This document shows, piece by piece, positions 24,021-32,947 of a stretch of 43,153 bases of DNA. Positions within the stretch are counted from its first letter, which is position 1; every line of letters starts with the position of its first letter. A program made the translations under genes and the position numbers. The notes beneath the pieces were generated by a model that searched no databases, was not told where the DNA came from, and saw nothing but the letters and a program-made list of their open reading frames with translations. Source of the DNA: a virus; IMG/VR virus record IMGVR_UViG_3300045988_016831, one strand, 5' to 3'.

Positions 24021-26354
24021 ATGAAAGCAGACGGAAGTGTCATTATTGATACGCAAATCAATGAGGACGGCATCAAGGCCGGTTCTGAAAATATTAATAA
24101 GGCTTTGAAAAATATGGCCGCTTCTACCGCTGACCTGAACGATAAGGCGCGGATCGCCATTGAAAAGCAGATCAACTCCGTATCGAAGATGAACCAGCAG
24201 TATACAGCCCAGTTTCAGAAAGTCGAAGAGCTGCGGCAGAAGATAGAAGAGATGCGGAAAGAAGAAGTTCCTACACAGGAATACTCTGCATTGACCGCAG
24301 AGATTGAGAAACTGGAAAAATCCCTGGATGCTGTGATTGAGAAAGAAATTAAGTTCGTGGAGACCGGCGGCAATACGGAATCCTCCGCATTTAAGCGGAT
24401 GGAATACGATATTGACCAGCTCAACGCAAAGCTGGATACGGCCCGGGCAAAGAAAAAAGCCTTGGAAGATTCCGGCGGTGCATATACTCCGATGATGAAC
24501 ACAGATTCAGGTGCCGCTGCGGTTCAGAGACTTGAGCAGGAAGAGCAGAAGCTGGACAACATGAACAATCAGCTCAATACGTCTTATAAGGCCCTGAATC
24601 AGAAAGTATCTGAATACCGTGAGAAGATGGAAGAGGCCGGGAAAGAAACGGAAAAGACTTCAAAAAAGACGAAGAATGCCACGAAGTCAATTGTTCCGTT
24701 CAGCAAGAGTATCTTAAGCCTCGGAAAGATGGTTAAGCTCATGCTTATCCGTCAGGCGATCCGGGCGATGATTTCCGCAGCCAAAGAGGGCTTGCAGAAC
24801 CTTGCGCAGTATTCGAAGTCGGTCAACAAGGATATGTCCACGCTCATGTCCAGCATGACCCGGCTGAAGAATTCATTCGCTACGGCATTCGCCCCGATAT
24901 TGAGTGTAGTCGCTCCGATACTGTCCAAATTCATTGACATGATTTCGAGAGCCGTAACGGCGGTAGGACAGCTTTTTGCGGCACTGACGGGGAAAAAGAC
25001 GTTCACGAAAGCCGTGGCCGTCCAGCAGGACTATGCAGCGTCTCTGGACAAAACGGCGGACAGTACAGAGGATGCAGAAAAGGCCGCAGAGGGCTATCTA
25101 TCCCCGCTGGATGAAATCAATAAGCTGGAAAAGAAGGACACGGAAAAAGACAAGTCCGGGGCTTCCGGTGGCGTATCCCCGGAGGATATGTTCGCCGAAG
25201 TTCCGATTGATTCCAAATTCCAGGAATGGGCGGCAAAAATCAAAGAAAAATTGCAGCCTATCATTGATGCGATTAAGCGCCTAAAAGAGCCTGCTGTCGC
25301 ACTGCTTAAGAGCCTGGGCGACACCTGCAAATGGCTTTGGGATGTGATTCTTGCTCCGCTGTTCAACTGGCTCCTGTCCTCTGCGATTCCGAAGATTATT
25401 GATATCCTCGGGAAGTTACTGGAGTTGATTAAGGTGATTGTGGACTGGATCAACAAGAATGTTCTTCCAGTCATTGAGCCGATTGTTACAGCACTGCTCA
25501 ATACCTTCATGGGAGTTGTTGACGGAATCCTTGAGGTAATGGATGGACTTCTGGATTTCTTAATCGGTGCATTCACTGGAGACTGGGACAGAGCTTTCTC
25601 CGGGCTTCAAAAAATTGCATCAGGCTTCAAAAAAATTGTCGATTCTGTTTTTCAGGGAGTCCAGGATATCATGGAGACCTTCGACGGATGGATGCAAAAA
25701 ATATTTACAACCGATTGGTCAGAGGCTTTCGGCGTTCTCGGAGAAGTTTTGAACATCTTTTTACGGTCTGCATCAGATATCTGGGAGGGCTTCAAAAAGG
25801 TGATCAACGGTATCATAACTTTCATCAACGGAGCTTTCGCCGGAGACTGGCGGCAGTGCTGGGAAGGAATCAAGGAAATTCTGGCAGGAGTATGGCAGGC
25901 GATTGTAGGAGTTGTGAAAGCTCCCATCAACCTGATTATCGGTCTTGTCAATGCCATGATTGACGCTTGCGCCAAGGGTATCAATGCGGTAATTGGCGCA
26001 TTGAACAAAATCAATGTGAAAGTTCCGAAATGGGTACCGAAGTACGGCGGTAAGAAATTCGGATTCGATATCGAAAAGGTCAGCGCCCCGCATATCCCGT
26101 ACCTTGCGACAGGCGCGGTCATTCCGCCGAACGCTCCATTCATGGCAATGCTGGGCGACCAGCGGAACGGAAATAACCTGGAAATGCCGGAGAACCTTCT
26201 GCGTCGTATCATCCGGGAAGAATCCGGGCAGAAGTCCGGCGGCAGCTATCGGTTTGTCGGCCAGATTAACCGGCGGGTGCTGTTCGATGAATTTATCAGT
26301 GAGGCGAAGATGCGGCAGGCGGCAACTGGCATCAACCCGCTTGAACTGGGTTAG
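24021..26354 (+). CDS. Tape measure protein
   Basis: 777 aa. Coiled-coil N-terminus, hydrophobic Gly/Ala-rich central repeats, and canonical position. Confidence 0.85.
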   Translation: MKADGSVIIDTQINEDGIKAGSENINKALKNMAASTADLNDKARIAIEKQINSVSKMNQQYTAQFQKVEELRQKIEEMRKEEVPTQEYSALTAEIEKLEKSLDAVIEKEIKFVETGGNTESSAFKRMEYDIDQLNAKLDTARAKKKALEDSGGAYTPMMNTDSGAAAVQRLEQEEQKLDNMNNQLNTSYKALNQKVSEYREKMEEAGKETEKTSKKTKNATKSIVPFSKSILSLGKMVKLMLIRQAIRAMISAAKEGLQNLAQYSKSVNKDMSTLMSSMTRLKNSFATAFAPILSVVAPILSKFIDMISRAVTAVGQLFAALTGKKTFTKAVAVQQDYAASLDKTADSTEDAEKAAEGYLSPLDEINKLEKKDTEKDKSGASGGVSPEDMFAEVPIDSKFQEWAAKIKEKLQPIIDAIKRLKEPAVALLKSLGDTCKWLWDVILAPLFNWLLSSAIPKIIDILGKLLELIKVIVDWINKNVLPVIEPIVTALLNTFMGVVDGILEVMDGLLDFLIGAFTGDWDRAFSGLQKIASGFKKIVDSVFQGVQDIMETFDGWMQKIFTTDWSEAFGVLGEVLNIFLRSASDIWEGFKKVINGIITFINGAFAGDWRQCWEGIKEILAGVWQAIVGVVKAPINLIIGLVNAMIDACAKGINAVIGALNKINVKVPKWVPKYGGKKFGFDIEKVSAPHIPYLATGAVIPPNAPFMAMLGDQRNGNNLEMPENLLRRIIREESGQKSGGSYRFVGQINRRVLFDEFISEAKMRQAATGINPLELG

Positions 26355-26362
26355 GAGGGTGT

Positions 26363-26740
26363 ATGCAGGACTGTATTAAAATTAACGGTATAGCGGTAGT
26401 ACAGCCGGACGAAGATGGATACTCCGCAAATCTGGCTACTACATCTACAGACGATTCAGACAGAGATCAGTCACTTGTGATGCACAACACACCAATAGGA
26501 ACTGTGCAAGGATATGAGCTGAAGTGGTCTTATATTAAGGCCAGTGATGCAGCCACCATTCTTCGCGAAATCATCAATAAGTCATCTTTCACTCTTCATT
26601 ACTTCGACATTCTGACGGCATCATGGAGAGACGGGAAATTCTACGCTTCCAACTTCAATGCTCCCTGTAAGACCTTAGAGGGTGGGGTAGAATGTTGGGA
26701 CGAATTATCGTTTAATGTAATTGGGGTGAATCCACGATGA
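26363..26740 (+). CDS. Small tail component (distal-tail-protein position)
   Basis: Follows the tape measure gene and couples by ATGA to the large tail-tip gene. Shorter than a typical Dit. Confidence 0.35.
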   Translation: MQDCIKINGIAVVQPDEDGYSANLATTSTDDSDRDQSLVMHNTPIGTVQGYELKWSYIKASDAATILREIINKSSFTLHYFDILTASWRDGKFYASNFNAPCKTLEGGVECWDELSFNVIGVNPR

Positions 26741-29265
26741 AGAATGTAAGCAACGAATTTATCCAGACGGCGACACAGAGAAAGGACTTCTATGTGTTGG
26801 CTTCTATCAAGTTCGCAGACGGGACGGCAAAAGAGCTGTCCCGTAGCGACTTCTACCTATCCGGTAATAGTTACACCGACGCCGCCGGGAGCAGTTCTTT
26901 TCCGCTTGGCGTGGCCTTGGAAAAGCAGATAGGAATCGCCATAGTCAACGATGCAGACCAATGGTCTGCCTACGACTTCTACGGCGCTGAATTTACAGTG
27001 TACTGCTGTTTGGATCTGAACAGAGGAAAGACAGAAAAGATTCTGCTCGGCGCGTTCACGGTTATTGAGCCGGAATCCTACGGCAGTATCATTGAAGTAA
27101 CCGCGGCAGATGCAATGTACCTGGGCGACACAGCTTACACCACAGCGTTGTCATTCCCCATGACCGCTACGGCGGCACTGCGGGATAGTTGCTCCACCTG
27201 TGGTGTGACGCTCCAGACAACTACATTCGTCAATGGCGATTATGTGATCTCGTCATTCCCGGATGGCATTACTCACCGGACGCTCTGGGGGCTGTGCGCT
27301 ATGCTGGCGGGTGGAAATGCCAGAATGGATGAATATAACCGCCTGAATATCGTAAGCTATGATTTCTCGCTCTTTGACAAGGGCGGACTGGACGGCGGCG
27401 TATTTGACGGCTCCACGCCTTACGCCAGCGGAGACACTGCAGACGGCGGTTCTTTTAATCCCTGGGACACAGGGTATGTGTATGACGCAGGAACCTTTGC
27501 GGATACGCGAGACTATCACGTACTTTTCCGGGAAAAAAATCTGACAGTGGCCACGGATGACGTGGTTATCACGGGAATTCAGACCACGGTAGACGATACA
27601 ACTTACCTGTACGGCGAAGATGGATACGTGCTTACCCTGACCAATCAGCTGATCGAGGGCAACCCGCAGGATGCGCTGAACCGTATCGGGCCTATGATTG
27701 TAGGCGTAAGATTCAGACCTTTTGAGATGGATCATATCGCTTACCCGATGGCGGAGTTTGGTGATGTGTGCTATGTGATTGACCGGAAACAGAATACTTA
27801 CCAGTCCGTGATTACAGATGTGAATTTTACTTTTTTCGGATACACGACCCTCAAATGCTCCGCTGATAGTCCAATGCGGAATAGCAGTAAGTATTATTCC
27901 AAGACCACGGAAGCAGTGGTCAAGGCGCGGCTGAATACCAAAAAGCAGCTCACAGAGTACGACAAGGCTGTCCAGATGCTTACAAGCCTTATCACGCAGT
28001 CATTCGGCGTATTCAAGACCGAAGAGGTGCTGGAAGATGGCTCCACAGTATTCTATCTGCACAATAAGCCTACACTGGCAGAATCGCAAACTATCTGGAA
28101 AATGACCGCCGATGCATTTGCGGTATCTACGGATGGCGGAGAGACTTGGAACGCTGGTATGGATTCTTCCGGGAATGCTGTGGTCAACGTACTGTCAGCT
28201 ATCGGCATACAGGCTGATTGGCTTCGAGTGACAGATTTGCAGGCCATCGGGGCCACGATTGGCGGATGGAAGATAGATAGCGGTGAGATTGTAAAAAGTA
28301 TTGACTTGTATTCGGACATGTCGGAAGAAGGCTTAAAAAGTGTAGCGGACTCAACAACGGTACAATTTTTATGCTGGATTCGAAGCCCTATTGATAGAAA
28401 CACAGTAGTATTTGCTATTGCATCCAGAACAAAAGCAAACTATCTCGCTGGAAACGATACGGTACGATTAATTTTTTCTGTAACAGCCGCTGGAATTGTA
28501 ACAACTAATACTTTTAACAGCTCAAATGCAAATATAACTGGCGGTAGCATATCAATAAGCTCATCCAGTAGTAGCTCGAGCCTTATAAATTTAACTTCTG
28601 GGTCAAAAAGAACCAGAGTTTTTCCGGGAATGCTTACAATAGACAATTCATCGTACGGTGGAACTATCAGTATATTTGCTCCAAGCTCATATAACGGAGA
28701 TGCAGTTGTGAGCGTGAGTGACGGATCTGGAAATATTAATTTTTACGCAAGCAAGAGCAGCTTTTCATACAGAGGACCTCTTGCAACATTTACAGTTCCG
28801 AATGTTATATTCAGTGGAGGATTTGTCGCATCTGGAACAAAATCAAGGGCAATTAATACAGAAGATTTTGGGAAAATTCTTCAATACTGTTACGAAACAC
28901 CAACCCCAATGTTTGGTGATATCGGCACGGGCCAGACGGACGAATCAGGCAAGTGCTACATCTACTTCGACCCGGTATTTCAGGAAACCGTATCCGCCGA
29001 TTACACCTATTGCGTATTCCTTCAGAAAGAGGGCAAGGGCGATATCTGGGTATCAGAAAAAACCGCCGATTACTTCCTTGTGGAGGGTACGCCGAACCTG
29101 TCCTTCTCGTGGGAAGCCAAGGTGAAACAGCGGGACTACGAATACCTCCGGCTTGACCCACTCGACCGCTCACAGGATGAACAGGACACTGATTATGAGG
29201 GACTGGCTACGGCCTACCTCGCCAACTATGAAAAGGAGATATTAGATTATGAAGAAACTGACTAG
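26737..29265 (+). CDS. Tail tip / tail-associated (prophage endopeptidase-tail-like) protein
   Basis: 842 aa at the canonical Tal position. Contains a Ser-rich AT-rich insert at about 28370..28905. Confidence 0.6.
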   Translation: MKNVSNEFIQTATQRKDFYVLASIKFADGTAKELSRSDFYLSGNSYTDAAGSSSFPLGVALEKQIGIAIVNDADQWSAYDFYGAEFTVYCCLDLNRGKTEKILLGAFTVIEPESYGSIIEVTAADAMYLGDTAYTTALSFPMTATAALRDSCSTCGVTLQTTTFVNGDYVISSFPDGITHRTLWGLCAMLAGGNARMDEYNRLNIVSYDFSLFDKGGLDGGVFDGSTPYASGDTADGGSFNPWDTGYVYDAGTFADTRDYHVLFREKNLTVATDDVVITGIQTTVDDTTYLYGEDGYVLTLTNQLIEGNPQDALNRIGPMIVGVRFRPFEMDHIAYPMAEFGDVCYVIDRKQNTYQSVITDVNFTFFGYTTLKCSADSPMRNSSKYYSKTTEAVVKARLNTKKQLTEYDKAVQMLTSLITQSFGVFKTEEVLEDGSTVFYLHNKPTLAESQTIWKMTADAFAVSTDGGETWNAGMDSSGNAVVNVLSAIGIQADWLRVTDLQAIGATIGGWKIDSGEIVKSIDLYSDMSEEGLKSVADSTTVQFLCWIRSPIDRNTVVFAIASRTKANYLAGNDTVRLIFSVTAAGIVTTNTFNSSNANITGGSISISSSSSSSSLINLTSGSKRTRVFPGMLTIDNSSYGGTISIFAPSSYNGDAVVSVSDGSGNINFYASKSSFSYRGPLATFTVPNVIFSGGFVASGTKSRAINTEDFGKILQYCYETPTPMFGDIGTGQTDESGKCYIYFDPVFQETVSADYTYCVFLQKEGKGDIWVSEKTADYFLVEGTPNLSFSWEAKVKQRDYEYLRLDPLDRSQDEQDTDYEGLATAYLANYEKEILDYEETD

Positions 29266-29446
29266 CTTCACTCATCACGTTACCGCAGAAGGAGACCGTA
29301 TCTCCTACACTTATTCAGAGATTGACAGCACCGGAAAACTGGTGAACCAGAACGTCCGGGAGAACTTCATCATTGTGGATCCGGCCTTGCAGGCTCACGT
29401 AGATGCAATCCGGGCTTATATTGAGCAGAATAGAATGGAGGCATAG
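29249..29446 (+). CDS. Hypothetical small tail-module protein (65 aa)
   Basis: ORF overlapping the upstream gene by 17 nt. Confidence 0.45.
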   Translation: MKKLTSFTHHVTAEGDRISYTYSEIDSTGKLVNQNVRENFIIVDPALQAHVDAIRAYIEQNRMEA

Positions 29447-29447
29447 T

Positions 29448-30905
29448 ATGGCGATTCAGAGCAGGCGTGGAGCTTATGGGGATTTCGATCCGGATAAGAT
29501 GCTTCCGGGAGAGTGGGCGTCAGTGCTGAAAGATGATCCCAAGGCACAGGACGGCAAGGCGGTCTATATGTGTTTTTCCGCTGGAGATGTCAAAAGAATG
29601 GCGACCTACGAGGATATGAAAAACAATATCCAGGAAGCCACGGCAGAGATCATTAAACAGGCAAAAGAGGAAGTCACAGAGGACACAAAGGCCGCAAAAG
29701 AATCCGCAGCGCAGGCAGAGTCATCGGCAAAGACAGCGGAAGAAAAGGCGAGTGCTGCTGAGAAATCAGCTTCAAATGCCGAAAAATCCGCTGAAGCTTC
29801 AAGAACTGCGCTGGAAAGTGCAAACAAAAACTTTTCTGATCAGTATACAAAAAAAACGTACAAAAAGGGCGAAACCTGCATTCAGAACAATGTGCTGTAC
29901 GAGGCCAATGCAGATATCGATACGGAAGAGGACTGGAACGCAACTCACTGGACGGAGACCTCTGTGGAGAAGATCCGGGCAAAAATGCGCCAGGAGCTTG
30001 ACACGGTAAATACGAAGATAGCCAACATTACCCCGGACGATACCGTCGTAGATGGTAAGCCGTGGACTTCCAAGCACATCGTGGATATGCTCTGCCCGCC
30101 CCTGATAGTATCCGGGAATCCGGTACAGTGCTATCCGGTGGCATGGTATCCGCTGGGAGTGACGGCATCATGGGAGCCTACGCAGGAGGGCACTGGAGAT
30201 CCGTCGCCGGATAATATCAGGCCGATTAAGGGACGGGATAGCGTGACGGTGGAGCGGTGTGGGGAGAATATTCTAAACCCAAAGGCATACAATTCTACAA
30301 CTACAAATGGAATTACTTTCACAGTAAATGACGACAAAAGTGTCCATATTACAGGCACCTCAACAGGAAGAGCAGTTTTTAAATTATACTCTTATCAGTA
30401 TAAAATGTCACTTCCGGACGGAAAATATACTTTCTCCACCATAGCAAATATTCCAAGTGGCGTAGGCGTACTTATTGGATGTTATTATAAAAGCGAGCTT
30501 TCAGTTGTATATAAAAAGAATTTAATAGTGCTAAGTTCTGGCAAGAGTTCGTCAACAGCTTCCCTTAGTGGAGTAGAGTGGCTTGACGGGTACATAGAAG
30601 TCTTATCTGGTAACACAGTCGATATAACATTATATCCAATGCTTGTCCCCGGCTCCACCCCGCCTACCACTTACACGCCCTACACAGGGCAAACCAATAC
30701 CCTCACCCTGCCTGAAACCGTTTATGGCGGTGAGGTGGACGCGGTGAGTGGAGAGGGGCAGGACGTGTGGAAGCTTATTACGCTGAACGGAACAGAAACA
30801 TGGGAAAGCAACAGCAACAATGATAGAATGTTCTTTGAAACAAATGTAGCTGAGAAATATACTGATTTGCCGATAAGTGGAAGTAATATTGATGCTGCCA
30901 AGTAA
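29448..30905 (+). CDS. Tail fibre / receptor-binding protein, N-terminal and central part (ends at an in-frame TAA)
   Basis: MAIQSRRGAYGDFDPDKMLPGEWA is a fibre/HylP-type N-terminus, followed by an Ala/Glu/Lys coiled coil and then beta-rich modules. Confidence 0.7.
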   Translation: MAIQSRRGAYGDFDPDKMLPGEWASVLKDDPKAQDGKAVYMCFSAGDVKRMATYEDMKNNIQEATAEIIKQAKEEVTEDTKAAKESAAQAESSAKTAEEKASAAEKSASNAEKSAEASRTALESANKNFSDQYTKKTYKKGETCIQNNVLYEANADIDTEEDWNATHWTETSVEKIRAKMRQELDTVNTKIANITPDDTVVDGKPWTSKHIVDMLCPPLIVSGNPVQCYPVAWYPLGVTASWEPTQEGTGDPSPDNIRPIKGRDSVTVERCGENILNPKAYNSTTTNGITFTVNDDKSVHITGTSTGRAVFKLYSYQYKMSLPDGKYTFSTIANIPSGVGVLIGCYYKSELSVVYKKNLIVLSSGKSSSTASLSGVEWLDGYIEVLSGNTVDITLYPMLVPGSTPPTTYTPYTGQTNTLTLPETVYGGEVDAVSGEGQDVWKLITLNGTETWESNSNNDRMFFETNVAEKYTDLPISGSNIDAAK

Positions 30906-30911
30906 GCACAG

Positions 30912-31247
30912 ATGTGCTCTCATTTGACGGTGGGAAATCCATATTCATACGATGTTGACAACTGTTTCTGGGTGTATTATACACTCGAGAATGAAACAGC
31001 AAGGCTTAGAATTAGAAGCACCACAAATTGGACAACAAGTGATGAATTAAAATCCTACCTCGCCAATCAATATGCCGCCGGAACCCCTGTCCAGTTTGCT
31101 TATAAACTTAATGCACCCACATCATTTTCAGCAACAGGGAGTGCACCTGTCAAAGCCCTATCCGGCGTCAACACAGTACTGACAGATGCGGACAGCGTAG
31201 AGGTCACAGGGCGGGAAGATCTGATTCATGCGATAACCGGACAGTAA
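30912..31247 (+). CDS. Fibre C-terminal segment, same frame as 29448..30905 and with no SD of its own
   Basis: Both ORFs share one frame, separated only by TAA 30903..30905 plus two codons. Sequence LKSYLANQYAAGTPVQFAYKLNAP. Confidence 0.5.
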   Translation: MCSHLTVGNPYSYDVDNCFWVYYTLENETARLRIRSTTNWTTSDELKSYLANQYAAGTPVQFAYKLNAPTSFSATGSAPVKALSGVNTVLTDADSVEVTGREDLIHAITGQ

Positions 31248-31309
31248 GATATATTTGCATTTACAACACTACACGTAACTCGTAAATCCACCTAAGAAAG
31301 GAGAAAATC

Positions 31310-32095
31310 ATGGCAATCATGGTATCTTCCGCACGCTCGGACGAGCGTGGCAAATACTCCGGCGGAAAGCCGGGAGACCAGAAACAGAATTCAAAGACCA
31401 ATGACACCCGGGGCGAGGTGAGTATGCAGGCAATGTATACCCACCGGAAAGGGTGGTATATCCTGCGCCCGAAAAAGGTATCACACGCTGACGCAATCGC
31501 AGAGCTGGGCATTAAGGCGGCAAACAATCCAAACATTGGCTACAGTCAGTCGGACAAGCTGGGCGTGGTTAAGCATGGCATTAGCACCAAGGTCAAGACC
31601 AATGCGGACTGCAGTTCCCTGGTGCGGCAGGCGGTAAAAGAAGCGACCGGGAAAGACCCGGGCAACTTTACCACAGCCAACGAGGCCAAGGTATTGGTCG
31701 CCACGGGACTGTTTACAAAGATTACTTATGTAAACCAGTCAAAGACCCCGGTCTATAATGGTGATATCCTTGTCACCAAGACCAAGGGGCATACCGTCAT
31801 CGTGGTATCCGGCAAACCCCGCCCACGTGCCACAGTCGGCAATCCGTACCCGGTGCCGACCAGAACCATTAAGCGGACAAGACCCTTAATGAAAGGCGAT
31901 GATGTCGGCTGGGTGCAGTATCACCTTGTCCGACTTGGATGCATGGCTGAGAAGAACGAGAACGGCGAGAGCAATATTGATAAGAAGTTTGGAGATATTT
32001 CTGAGGCTGGCGTGTATGAGGCACAGAAACGGTACGGCGTGCACCAGGACGGTATTGTGGACGCTGCTATGGTTGATATTTTGAGATGGAATTGA
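31310..32095 (+). CDS. Endolysin: Cys/His peptidase-like N-domain plus PG_binding_1 C-domain
   Basis: NADCSSLVRQ (Cys) and TKGHTVIVVSG (His). C-terminus MKGDDVGWVQYHLVRLG...KKFGDISEAGVYEAQKRYGVHQDGIVD is a peptidoglycan-binding repeat. Confidence 0.7.
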   Translation: MAIMVSSARSDERGKYSGGKPGDQKQNSKTNDTRGEVSMQAMYTHRKGWYILRPKKVSHADAIAELGIKAANNPNIGYSQSDKLGVVKHGISTKVKTNADCSSLVRQAVKEATGKDPGNFTTANEAKVLVATGLFTKITYVNQSKTPVYNGDILVTKTKGHTVIVVSGKPRPRATVGNPYPVPTRTIKRTRPLMKGDDVGWVQYHLVRLGCMAEKNENGESNIDKKFGDISEAGVYEAQKRYGVHQDGIVDAAMVDILRWN

Positions 32096-32098
32096 GAG

Positions 32099-32126
32099 AT
32101 CCCCGGAGCAATCCGGGGATTTTTTT
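32099..32126 (+). terminator. Rho-independent terminator ending the late operon
   Basis: atccccgga-gcaa-tccggggat followed by a T run. Confidence 0.85.
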
Positions 32127-32146
32127 AATTTATTTTAAAATAATGC

Positions 32147-32175
32147 TTGACTATTTGTACAAATAGTGATATACT
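32147..32175 (+). promoter_or_regulatory. Sigma-70/SigA-type promoter with an embedded palindrome
   Basis: TTGACT, 17 nt, TATACT. The spacer contains the perfect palindrome ATTTGTACAAAT. Confidence 0.65.
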
Positions 32176-32205
32176 TAAATCATCAAAGGAACGGAGGATA
32201 TAGAA

Positions 32206-32631
32206 ATGAAACATTATATCGTAGATGACAATGGAATGCAGTGGAGTTTTGAATCAAAAGAAAAAGCAGAAAAAAAGGCCGAAGAACTTGGAACCGAAGT
32301 AAGAGAAAAAACGGCGTGGAGATACTACGCTCCATACTACACTTGCGGAACCTCTGACTACAGGGAAATCACAGGAAAAAATCTGTGTGAAGCTATCGAG
32401 AAGAATTTTGATAAAATTATCAAAGATTTCAGCCTTGGAAGCGCTGCGGGATTGAAATTGAAATCCGCAAAGATTATCCCAAATGGGGACAGCGCAAAAC
32501 TGGAGATTGTATATCGCCCGCTTGGAAAATTTGGGGTTGATGACAAGCCGGAAAAATCTAAGACAGTAGAGATCGAATGGGTAGCTGAGGGAGATCTGGA
32601 AGAGGAATACAATTTCCCAATTGAGAAATAG
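32206..32631 (+). CDS. Orphan protein (141 aa) in an AT-rich moron cassette
   Basis: GGAGG before the ATG. No motif recognised. Visibly lower GC than the flanking late genes. Confidence 0.6.
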   Translation: MKHYIVDDNGMQWSFESKEKAEKKAEELGTEVREKTAWRYYAPYYTCGTSDYREITGKNLCEAIEKNFDKIIKDFSLGSAAGLKLKSAKIIPNGDSAKLEIVYRPLGKFGVDDKPEKSKTVEIEWVAEGDLEEEYNFPIEK

Positions 32632-32639
32632 GTGAATAA

Positions 32640-32822
32640 ATGATAAAAAAAATTACAGTTTGTAAATCTGGCGGGACGGCCAGCAAGAACGCCTTAATCT
32701 ACAGGTTGACCGTCCCGGCGGAGATGATAAAAGCCCTTGGTGTTACCCCCGAGGACAGGAGCATAGAGCTGGATATGGTGGACGATACGCTCACAATTAG
32801 AAAAGTCAAGGAGGAAAAGTAA
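32640..32822 (+). CDS. AbrB/SpoVT/MazE-type DNA-binding protein (60 aa)
   Basis: YRLTVPAEMIKALGVTPEDRSIELDMVDDTLTIRKV fits the swapped-hairpin AbrB-type motif. Confidence 0.55.
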   Translation: MIKKITVCKSGGTASKNALIYRLTVPAEMIKALGVTPEDRSIELDMVDDTLTIRKVKEEK

Positions 32823-32830
32823 GCAGAAAA

Positions 32831-32861
32831 CCCGTCCGGTTAATTCCGGGCGGGATTTTTT
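32831..32861 (+). terminator. Rho-independent terminator of the moron cassette
   Basis: cccgtccgg-ttaatt-ccgggcggg followed by aTTTTTT. Confidence 0.8.
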
Positions 32862-32886
32862 GTGTTAAAAATGGGGGTAAATAAAT

Positions 32887-32930
32887 ATATATCATCGTGG
32901 TTTTGTTTCATATAAACCATGATGATATAT
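32887..32930. repeat. 15-bp inverted repeat next to the integrase 3' end (attP candidate and/or int terminator)
   Basis: atatatcatcgtggt (32887..32901) versus accatgatgatatat (32916..32930), one mismatch, 14-nt AT-rich centre. Confidence 0.4.
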
Positions 32931-32947
32931 GTATTTTTGGTAAAAAA

